NCBI RefSeq assembly: GCF_009914755.1
Contig: NC_060928.1
Length of the DNA: 64,000 bases
Source: the human T2T-CHM13v2.0 reference genome, Homo sapiens
Direction: 5' to 3' (one strand)
Positions 52,866 through 64,000 of the stretch are shown here, one piece after another. How positions within the stretch are numbered: position 1 is the stretch's first letter; every line of letters starts with the position of its first letter. Made by a program: the position numbers and the translations under genes. The notes beneath the pieces are model-generated. The model did not search any database, was not told the origin of the DNA, and saw only the letters and a list, made by a program, of their open reading frames with translations.

Positions 52866-55458
52866 CTTTTTAAATGTAATATTTTATAAATATAATCTCT
52901 ATTTGTTGAACCTCTGTAAAATGACTTATCTGCCTTTAATGTATTATTTCTTGCCCATAATATAAGAAATTAATTTACTTGAAATTATTCTCAATAATCT
53001 AAAAAATTCATTGTCACATCATCACTAAATATTATATTTGGGAGAATTTTGGAGTTTATCTCCAGGAATAATTTGATGTATGTGTCACTTCTCTAATATT
53101 ATCAACCAAGTAATAAACCAGCTTCAGTTTAATTATCTCTAGGTAAAAGAAATGTATTTCCTGAAAAGGAAGCTACTTTGATTTTTACAAAGTTGTAATT
53201 TTAAAAAATACTATCATTTATATATGAAGCTGAAATATAGCTACCACAACCTTACCTCTTTGATACTAGTTTTCTTTTAAAAAAGATATGGATTTGAACT
53301 TAATTCTTCTTCTGCATGGTGATCTTTTAGGTATTGCAACAAAAAAAGTCATTGTGCCTCTAATAAAAGCCACTTTTCCCATTTTTAGTATTAGTAATTG
53401 TTTCTCAATTCTTTACCATCATGTAAACATTATATTAATATAGTCTCATCTGTTACGATTCCTTTGAAATGTTGATACTTATTAAATTTTAGAAGAAGAC
53501 TGGAAAATAGAAACAAAAATAATCAACAAATGTTATTTCTGGATACTAGGGAATTCAATATTTGAAATAATTTTTTTCAGGATTTCATAAAGAAACTTAG
53601 CACTGTTTGTAAAAACAAACAAAAAAAGTCATTAAAAAGCATGGTGTCCAAAACTGAGGAAAACCCCCTGGAGAATCGCTAATTCAGTACAGAATGGAGC
53701 ACAGCTATTTCCTCATATACTGAACATAATTTTTCTATGAGTAGTATTTAATTATTTTAGTTATGTTTTGCAACCACATTTGATTATTATTTCATATGTG
53801 TGATATGGTCAATCAAAATCTTACAGTAGCTTTCACTTATTCATTCGAATAATTATTTAGTAAACATCTATTGTCCAATACATATGAGTGCTTTAGTCCC
53901 TGCTGTCAATGACCATTCAGCTGGTGAAGGAGATAGATTTGTAAACTCCAGTTACAAAATGTATGATAACAGCTGCAAAACAGGTAACCAAAGCATGGCA
54001 CTTAAAACAAGCATCTTAACCCATTTTGGAGACTTGTTTCGTGGGATACCAAGCCCTGGAATGAAGATGGACAAGGCTTCTAAAGAAGGGAACCAAAACA
54101 GGGAAGAGTGTGAGTGTAATGTGGTTCTAGAAGAGAGCTAGTGACTTGGAGATGAGTATAGAGAGGAGGCTGAATAGTAGACCAAAGGCCGGGTTCTTAA
54201 AGGCTGACTGAAAACTGTCCTGCATTCAACAGGGCATTGGCAGGACATTAGGTAGGAGAGTAACACGATCAGATTGGGTGTATCTAAAACCTCATTATAG
54301 ATGCATGTTGCTCCATCATTCAGTCATTTTCACAGGACTGGATATTTATCCTTAACAGTTTCAATTTAAATGAAAGTTTTATCACTGAATAAATAGCACC
54401 TCTGTAGTCAACATATAGTTTATCTTTAATGGTCAGGGACAAAATTACTAAAAAGATATTTCTTAAACCAAAATTTTGAAATTTTCATTTTTCCTGGCTC
54501 CTTTATAGATGTTAACTTCAGACTTCAAATATTTACTTAATTTTACTGGTGTTGGTGGATTTACTATCTTTGAAAACCAAGTGTGACATAATATTTCATA
54601 TTAATAATACTGTCTGAGCTTGGTTTCTCTGACTTTTGGATACTCGTTGGAATATAAAGACTATCTTCTGGAAGTGAGACAAGACCTTCACAGCTGTGCT
54701 TGCGTTAAGTGGCTTCAGTCCAAAAATAATCATGTTCTTGTATTACCATGGAATACAAGGAAAGGGCACTGGGCTTTCCTTTGTGTTCAACATCAATTTT
54801 GGGATCTACAAAATTTAGTATGCCAAGTTTGTCATCAAATCCTTGAAACTCAGGAGAGAGAATGCAGTTTGAGGTTATTTTTGCAGAAATAGAACTTTTT
54901 ATTAATGTTGGAAAATAGCCACATTAGTTCAAGAAAGAGTGGGAAAGCAGCACAGTGTCTCTTTCAGTTTGAAACAACATGCAATCTCTTCCTAAGTGCT
55001 TTATTTCAAAGAGCTAAAACTGTACAGTGTTAAGCAGCCTGAAAAAATCAGCTTCAGAGTGAGGACAAATAATTGAATGATGTCTTTCTTCTAAAAGACG
55101 TCAGGCTTTTTGCCCGCTGCTCTTTGACATTTATCAAATCCTGCTCTTTAATGTCTGTCAAATTGTCCAGGTGATAAGCACAGAACTTGTTCTGGCCAAT
55201 GGCCCTGTGCCTGCATTTTCAAATTTGGTATGGTTGGCTTGGGTTTCTTAGTTCAGCTCAGCAGGCTGCCACTGGAGTGAGTAAAGAGAGACTGTGCCCT
55301 CACAGAACCTTGCATTAAAAATTACCTTCAGCTTTCAAACCAGATCAGCCAACCTATACATGAGGCTGTTGGTGCATGAAATAAGAGAACCTTGAATTAC
55401 CAAGCCCATCCAAAAATCTTGTCTGGTTGACACCTGTCTTTTATTGCTGCAGTTACTG

Positions 55459-55842
55459 TGTGTTAAGAGTTGAATTGTGTGCCTCCCTAATCCCCACTTC
55501 CTGGATGTTGAAGTCAAATTTCACTATCTCAGAATAACACCTTATCTGGAAATAGGTTTGTTACAGATGTAATTAGTTAAGATGAAGACATACTGGAGTA
55601 GGATGAACTCTTTATCCCAATATAACTGTGTCCTTCTAAAATGGAGAAATGTCAACACTGAGACACGCACCCAGGAAGAGAACTCCATGAAAAATCTTCT
55701 TTAATGCTATCAGAGGGAGTTCAGTCCTGCTAATACCTTGATCTTGGACGTCTAGCCTCCAGAACTGTGAGAAAATACATTTCTGTAATTGAAGCCACCC
55801 ACTTTGTTGTACTTGGTTACATCAGTCCTAAACTAATATACT
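55459..55842 (+). mobile_element. MLT1B-type MaLR LTR
   Basis: gttgaattgtgtgcc...cagatgtaattagttaagatga...ctagcctccagaactgtgag...aaactaata. Confidence 0.8.
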
Positions 55843-55994
55843 CTGCTTACTGTACTATCTCCTGGGTTTTAAAAAAAAATTTGGTTTTAGCTTTGTTTTA
55901 TGAGCATGCCCATTGAAATAAAAGTAAACTTGACATCTTGGTACCTTGGCCTGAAAAGCAGTCTGGATTTCCTCTCCAGGTGGTTCTGCCTTGA

Positions 55995-56306
<312 letters not shown>

Positions 56307-57067
56307 TAATATAATCCATGACTGGCACCCAGACTCAGTATCAACCAGCTTAGTGGCACACTTGCCATTTGTTCTAGAAGTTCTGTGGAAGTGATTATAT
56401 ACTCTCCAAAGTCCAGCAATATGCCACAGCAGCAGACCTTTCCTCATTCCAGGCTAGAAAGGCCATGTTAAAAAGTACTTTTGGCATAGCCCTGAAGTTA
56501 CTTATAGCTGCCAAACTAGTGTCATAATTCATTTTTAGTACATTGGCTCATATACTATCTTTAACTCCGAAAATAAAATTTACCAAGTGAAATGTTAGAA
56601 GTATGTTAGAAGTGGCATTAGAACCATCAAGGTAATTTAAGATGAGCTTAGCCTTATCTTAATTTGAAGGAAATCAGGTTACCAGCTTACAATCTTTCAA
56701 AACTCTTTATGTTGTACATTCAACAGACATGTTGAACGTTAACCATGTGCAGCATGCTCTGTAGAATATATAAAAGTGAATTTTTAAACAGTGAGCGTCT
56801 CTCAATGTCCAACTTAATAAATATTTATTAAGTGAGAATAAGTTAGGAATATTAACTCATTCAATAATTGATTATTTGAAACTCACTATGTGCCTGGCCC
56901 TATGCTGTGTCTTATAGATACAGTCATTCTGCTATCAAAAACATTTCATTGTGGGGAAAGACCTTTTTTAGGTTCTCAAGGAACATGTACTCTAAAAGAG
57001 AGATAAGATAAATGGAAAAATAACTATATTAAAATCAAATGTGAATAAAGAGGCCTGAATGCTAGAG

Positions 57068-57637
57068 AATTAGTCAAGATTCACCAATAAGATATATATA
57101 CATAGAGAACATACCTAGGATATATCTATATATAATATAGGGGATATATATAATACATATAGAATGCACACACACATATACATACACACCTACACATAGA
57201 GCCAGAGAGAGAAAGAGAGTTTGATACACAAAGTGAGAGAGAGAGAGAGATTGATTTATCCTGAGGAATTGGCTAATGCAATTACAGAGGCTGAGAAGTC
57301 CCAGGATCTGTAGCCCAAAGGCCCAAGAACCAAGAGAGATAATGGTGTAGGTTTCAGTCTAGGTCCAAAAACAGAAAAAGGCTGATATCTCAGCTCAAGA
57401 CCATTAGGCAGAGAAAGTGAATTATCTCTTACTTAGCTTTTTACTCTACTCAGGCCTTCAACAGATTGGACCAGGCCCACAAACATTGGGGAGTGCCAAC
57501 TCCTCAACTAAGTCTATCTATGCAAATGTTAATCTCATCTAGAAACATCCATACAGGCACACCAAAAATAATGTTATTCTAAATATCTGGGCACCTCATG
57601 ACCCAGTTAAGTTGACACATAAAGTAAACAATCATAA
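57068..57637 (-). mobile_element. MLT2 LTR (3' LTR of ERVL remnant) with internal microsatellite
   Basis: attagtcaag...gaggaattggctaatgcaattacagaggctgagaagtccc...aagttgacacataaa. Confidence 0.8.
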
Positions 57638-58700
57638 CTTCACCCCTTGTCAAATTTGCATTCATCTACATCTTCATTCATTCATATACATCTATATTTA
57701 TATTTATTCATTCATATACATCTATACTTTATTCATATACATCTATACTTAATCTACAAATAAAGGTAATTACAAAATCATAATTTCACTTTACATGATA
57801 TGACTATCCTAGTACAACCAAAAATGCACTAGCTCCTTCTAGAAGAAAAAAAGAAATAAAATCTTTGAGTGGTATTTACTCTTCCACTTGGTATTCTGTA
57901 ACTAAATACTATTATGTATAACAATACTGAAACTATGATGTGATGTTAATATTGTATGCTATATGAGAAATGAATAACAGTGGGAAGAAAACAGATATTT
58001 GCTGTATATATATATACATATAATGATGTAAGGAAAAACACTCATGACAATTATAGTTCTTAATTCTGTAACTATTCATGTGGTCATAGCTGGTAATTAT
58101 AATTACCTTTTTCTACCACCCACCCTGAATTTCCTTTGCCTTTAGCAAGCACCGTAGCTGGTTGGTCTTTAACCTGTTGGAAATTCATTAGCAGGATGAT
58201 TACTCCTCATTAATCCTGGCTAAATTGGGTTGTTGTAGCTCTTTATTGACCTTCATCTCAGAACATGATAATACTAAGAAATCTCCTGTATTCTAGACAT
58301 ACTCTTCCTTACCTCCATTATGAAGTGACATTCCAATTTCCCTTTGGTAGTCAGTCAGTCACCCCAGCCAGCACAATAACTCTCTTTTTTGCTGTTGATT
58401 CAGATGCATAATGAGCCTGATGGCTGGGTGGCAATCTTAATTTCTAGTTCAATGAAATCATTGTGTGTCTCCTGGTGGAAGCATTCGTCCTTCTAGAACT
58501 AACACTTCTAGGCCAGCCAGCATTACATATAATTGTGGGAAGAGTAAACAAAAATTTTGCTAGTGGGTCACTAGAAATAATAGTGAGTGATGTCAGTCCC
58601 ATTTCCATCCCTTGATTCCTAGACCCATGAATCCTGGCTATTGGAGAAACAGTACCAGATATTGGATACTGATTCAGAGCAAATACAGCCTTCTGGATAA
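57638..58700 (-). mobile_element. HERVL/ERVL internal 3' region
   Basis: Polypurine tract ttgacaaggggtgaag (minus strand) next to the LTR; dUTPase-like atgcttccaccaggagacaca. Confidence 0.75.
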
Positions 58701-58701
58701 C

Positions 58702-59630
58702 TGTCTTCGTTCATTTTTATTGTTATAACAGAATATCTAAGACTAAGTAATTTATAAAGAACCAAATTTATTTCTTACAGTTCCAGAGGCTGCGAGGTCT
58801 GAGATCAAGGATCTGACACCTGGTGAGGGCCTTTTTGCTGCATCATTTCACATAGAGACAAAAAGGTAAGAGAAAGACAGCGTGAAAGAGGGGGTGAATT
58901 CATTCCCATGAAAACAGAATTAGTTCATTTATGAGGCTACAAACCTTCAGAGCTAAACACCTCTTAAATGTCCCACCTCCCAATAGCCTCACAATGGCAA
59001 TGAAATTTCCACATGAGTTTTGGAGGAGACAAACTTTCAAGCCAGGGTATTCTAACTTACAAACTTTCAAACCAGGGTATTCTAACCTTGGTCCCTCAAA
59101 AGTCATGTCCTTCTTATGTACAACGTATGTTTATTCCATCCCAAAGCCTCAAAAATCTTATCATATTCTAACATTGACTCAAAATTCCAAAATCCAAAGT
59201 CTTATCTAAATGACATGGATAAAATTCAAGGTACAATTCATCCTGAAGCAAATTTCTCTGCAGCTCTGAGCCTGTGAAATCAAAACATGTTATCTATTTC
59301 CAAAATGCAATGGTGAAGTAGGCATAGAATAAACATTCCAATTTAAAAGGCAGAAATAGCAGGCAAGAAGAAAGAGATAACTGGCCCCAAGTAAGTCCAA
59401 ACTCCAACAGAACAAACAACATTAAATCATAAGACTCTAAAATAATCTTTCTTGGTTCCATGTCTACCCTCCCAGACACACTGGGGTGGGATTGGATCCC
59501 TAAGGCCCCAAGGCAGCCCAGCTCCTGTGACTTTAATGGGAACAGCCTACACAGCAGCTTTTGTGGTAGACAGCTGTGTGTCTCATACCTGCAGCTCTCC
59601 TAGGCTAGAGTTACATGTTGGTGTATCTCT
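58702..59630 (-). mobile_element. MST/MLT1A LTR + MaLR internal sequence inserted in ERVL
   Basis: tgtcttcgttcatt...ggtgagggcc...catgagttttggagg; internal aaaatccaaagtcttatct, tccaaaatgcaatggtg. Confidence 0.75.
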
Positions 59631-60069
59631 ATTTCTATATCATGTCATGGATTATCAGGGCTTTCTTTACTACTAATAGTAGAGTCATTACTATCTTTAA
59701 ATCTAGTCAGATTAGAGACCCAATTTCAGAAAATCTGGAACCAATTTAGGAAACTTATTCCTAATATTCTGTTCCACTAGAACCACTCCTGGTACAAAGA
59801 GGATATATATATCCTATTAGTTTATTGAGGAATAAAGCATTGCAGTGGGAATACTCATATCATAGTAAACCATGTGCATATTCAGGAATGTAAAGGGAGA
59901 CAAAGGTTTTTAAAGTAAAAACAAAGAGGTTTATATGATTGTCTTGAAATGATTATCCTTGTCTACAAATATCAATAACAAGGATATATTTATCCTATTG
60001 TTCTGGAGAATCCTGAATAACACAGGTTTTGGTACCAAGAGTGGTTCTAGAGGAACAGAATATTTAAAA

Positions 60070-60615
60070 TAACAGTATATATTATATTAAGATAGTATAT
60101 ATAATAGTAATATAGTGTAAATAATATTAATAAAATATATAATATTAATTAAATATATTAATATATTAAGGACACACATACACACACACACACACATGAA
60201 TTTATATTATGAGGAATTAGCTCACATGCTAATGGAGGCTGAGAAGTCCCATGTTCTGCCATCTGCAAGCTGGAGACCCGGGAAACAGGAAAGCCAATGT
60301 TGTAATTCTGGTCCATGTCAAAAAGCATGAGGATCAGGGAAGATAACAGTGTAGATACCAGTCCAAGGGCAAGAGAAATGATATTTCAGCTCAAGTAGGC
60401 ATACTGGAAGAAAAAGGGGCAGATTTCTGCTCTTCAACCTTTTTGTTCTATTCAGGCCCACGGTGGACCAATGATACCTACCTACATAGCAGAGGACAAT
60501 CTACTTTAATGAATCCATTGATTCAAATGCTAATCTCATGAACACGCGGAGAAATTGTATTTAATCTGGGTACCCCATGGTACAGTCAAGTTGAAATATA
60601 AAATTAACCATTACA
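60070..60615 (-). mobile_element. MLT2 LTR (putative 5' LTR of ERVL remnant)
   Basis: tatgaggaattagctcacatgctaatggaggctgagaagtccc...aaaattaaccattaca. Confidence 0.8.
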
Positions 60616-60906
60616 ATGTATATATGACAATTTCTTATAATCATTGTGTGTCTACGTATATATACATATATATACACTGTCTGTGTAAATATATGTCCTG
60701 CATACATATATATATTCTCTCTGTATATATATCTATATATGTATACAGAATATATACACATATATATACACATATTCTGAGAATATATATGTATAAAGAG
60801 AATATAGATATTGTATAGATATATGTACAGAGAGAATAGGTATATAGAATATATAGGTATATATGTGGACATTGAGTGTATATATATATACATATATGCT
60901 TATATG

Positions 60907-61756
60907 TAGTCATGAGTCACTTAATAATGTTCCAATAAATGTGTCATTAGGCAATGTAGTCATTGTGTGAACATCATAGAGTGTTCTTCCACAAACTTAT
61001 GAATATGGTATAGCCTATTGCTCCTAGGCTACAAATCTGTACAGCACATTACTATATTAAATACTTAGGCAATTGTAAGATAATAGTGAGCATCTGCATA
61101 TATAAACATAGAAAGGGTACAATAAATATAAAAGATAAAAAATGGTGCATCTGTATTGGGCACATGCTATGAATGGAGTTTGTAGAACTAGAAGTCATTC
61201 TGATGAGTCAATGTGTGAGTGATAAGTGAATGAAGGCCTAGGACATTGCTATACACTTGCAGCTACACTTAGGCTACATTAGATTAAAAATAATTTTCTT
61301 TATCCAATAATAAATTTACCTTAGCTTATTTAACTTTTTTTACCTTATAAGCTTTTTACCTATTTTAACACTTAACTATTTTAACATTTAACTATTTTAA
61401 CATTTTAACTCTTTTGTAATAACATTTAACTATTTTTAACTATGTTAACATTTTAACTCTTGTAATAACAGGTTAAAATGCAAATACATTATACAGCTTT
61501 AGAAAATATTTTCTTTCTTTATATCCTTATTCTATGAGCTTTTTTTCTATTTTTCTATTTTCTCTATTTTTTACTTTTTAAACTTTTTTATTAAAAAAAA
61601 GACACAAACACACACATTATCCTAGGCCTACACAGGGTCAGGATCACTGAGATGTCACTAGGTGATTGAGGTTTTTCAGCTCCGTTATAATCTTGTGGGA
61701 ACACTGTCACATATCTGGTCCATTGTTGACCAAAATATCAATATAGTGTATGACTA
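60907..61756 (+). mobile_element. Tigger3-family (TcMar) DNA transposon deletion derivative
   Basis: agtcatgagtcacttaa...tatagcctattgctcctaggctacaaa...cctaggcctacacagggtcaggatca...tatgact terminal inverted repeats. Confidence 0.88.
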
Positions 61757-61959
61757 TGTGCACACACACATACACACACACAAAGTATATAATTATATAT
61801 GTGTGTATGCATATAAACACACACAGATAATATATGTATATATAGAGAGCACATAAGCATATACACACAGAGTATATAGCATATATATACACATACATAT
61901 ATATACATACACTATATATACATACGCACACACAGACACACACACACACACACACATAG

Positions 61960-62143
61960 ACTGATTTGTTATAGGGAATTGGTCTATCCTCACTAGGGAG
62001 AACAATATGCTTTACTTAGTCTACTAAGTCAAATGTTAATATTATCCAGAAACATCCTCACAGACACATCCAGAATAATGTTTAACCAAATATCTGGGCA
62101 CCTTATGGTCCAGGCAAGCTGACACATAAAATTAACCATCACA
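61960..62143 (-). mobile_element. MLT2 LTR fragment
   Basis: atagggaattgg...ccagaaacatcctcacagacacatccagaataatg...aaaattaaccatcaca. Confidence 0.8.
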
Positions 62144-62802
62144 CAGAGTTAGCCTGGAAAAATATCTAAAATGAAAAATACTTATTTTTTTCAAGATTCA
62201 CATTTCTCTTTATGTTGAGGAAGATAATTGCCGGTAATGATTTATCTAACAAGCAATAGCATACAAAGGTAGGAACTGAATCGGCAGCATGAAGTCCTGA
62301 GTTCTAGTTTTTGCTGTGCTGCCAACATTCTGTGTATTTATGGATAAACATGCTCTCTGTCTCTCAGCATTATTTTTATCATCTTTGGAATCTGGTTAAT
62401 TGGCCTGGATGATCATTAACTTTCCATTATTTTTGAGATATCTTACAAAATTAGCTCAATTGGAGCAAGAGGCCAATGATGTACACATTTCAGATTTTCT
62501 CCGACTGGATGCTGGCCTGCTGCTATTGTCTGTACAAGGCTCAAACATCTCCAATAACATGAATTATTGATGAAATAGCTAGTAATAATAGAGAACTTTC
62601 ATATCAGATGCAATGTTATGAATCTTACTATTTCTATCATGTGATTTTTTTCACTACAAATCCAGGACATAGGTGCTTACGCTATCCCCTACATTTTATA
62701 GATGAGAAAAAGGGCTCTGGGTCATCAGTTGGTAACTGAACACCAGATTTTCACCAAGGAGTACCCGACTCCAAAGCCTGAGATCTTGAACTCTAGGTTT
62801 AT

Positions 62803-63245
62803 CTGGTGGGTTGAACGATGGTCCCCAAAAAATATGTTCTAACCTTTCCAATGTGTGAACGTGAACTTATTTGAAAAAGGTTGTTCATGGACATAACTAA
62901 GTTAAGGATCTCAAGAAGAAATCATACTAGGTTAGGAACAGTTGCTAAGTCTAGTATCACCTGGTTTTATAACAGACAAAGAGGAGGACACACAAGAGAG
63001 AAAACCAGGTAAAGACAGAAGCAGATACTGGACTCATACAGCCTCAAGGCAAGAAACATCTGGAGACACTAGAAGATTGAAGTGGCAATAAAAGATTCTC
63101 ACCTATTGCCTTTGGAGATGTTGTGGCCCTGAGGACATCTTAATTTTAGGTTTCTGTTCTGTAGAATTATGAGAGAATAAATTTCTGTTGTTTTAAGCCA
63201 GTAGGTTTGAGTTAAATTTTTATGTGAACCTGGAATACTGACACA
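62803..63245 (+). mobile_element. MLT1C/D-type MaLR LTR
   Basis: ggttgaacgatggtccccaaaaaatatg...ttaaggatctcaag...aataaatttctgttgttttaagcca. Confidence 0.78.
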
Positions 63246-64000
63246 GCTTGAATCTGGTAGTTCTTCAAAATCATATGAAGCTGTTCTTCAGTGATGACAG
63301 GAGGGCTTGAGTTCACAAAAATTGAGTAACGATGATATTTGTACTCCAGGTCATTTAGTTACCACCAGCCAGTAGAAAACTGTACTTGGCAATGACCAAC
63401 CCACCCTACACCTCCATAGCCCTCAGCTGTGTTAGGGTGACTGCAATCACCCACATGCATGGCAACTGCCTCCGCAAGAGATCCACCGTTCTGTACTGTG
63501 AGCTCACTGAACCTTCCTTATGCTTATCATGGCTCAGAAATTACTGACAAAATATTGCAATGGCTCTGATTTTTTAATTTGAACTGTAAAATACAATATT
63601 AACAAAATCCAAAAAGTTTAAAAATTAAAGAGTTAGTCATCGTGTTTGTGAAGCAGTTCCTTTCTCGGATCATCTGAAAAGTAGATTATAATTATTCAGT
63701 GGAATAGTAGGAAAGTTAAGGCTACAATGCATGTCACCTCTCTAATCTGAAATCTCAGAGTTTTGATGTGTTATTTGGTTTTGTCACAGATATTTGGTTC
63801 AATGGGAAATAATCCTTCCTAGAAATTTATTCTTGGCTAAAAAGTTGCTTTGCTCCTTCTTTGTAATATTAGAAGTCACCAGATTTTGTCAAGTCCCTAG
63901 GTGAAGAGGGCTTTAATTCTGAGAAATCCCATAAAAGCTTAGTATAAGTACAGTGAGAACATAAATCTACATAAATCTTAGCAAATAAAATAATCTCAAA

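Noticed and set aside
52593-52965. Y/I/H/T/C-rich ORFs (also 40239, 60555-60913, 61662-62005)
   Set aside because: Translations of TA/CA/TG microsatellites.
55181-55194. cagaacttgttctg as a steroid hormone response element
   Set aside because: Spacing does not fit AGAACAnnnTGTTCT.

Overview
AT-rich, CpG-depleted primate (human-like) non-coding genomic DNA. I find no credible protein-coding gene, RNA gene or CRISPR array. Every long ORF in the track falls in an Alu, an LTR, a microsatellite or a decayed L1/ERV. The window is mostly interspersed repeats: Alu, L1, L2, MIR, many ERV1/ERVL/MaLR LTRs, an ERVL integrase/dUTPase fossil, and the DNA transposons MADE2, MER58 and Tigger3. Subfamily names come from recalled consensus sequences and need Dfam/RepeatMasker confirmation. 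The most interesting items are insertion-mechanism fossils visible in the sequence: (1) an LTR12 that ends exactly after an 18-nt tRNA-Arg primer-binding site; (2) an L1 with an 8-nt twin-priming micro-inversion; (3) an inverted duplication of an ERVL LTR-end/PBS segment; (4) four co-oriented ERV1 solo LTRs packed into 2.9 kb; (5) multi-level nested insertions. There is also a ~3.5-kb repeat-poor island with clustered TCF/T-box/NKX/octamer motifs, a candidate enhancer. I cannot support a novel biological system beyond these.
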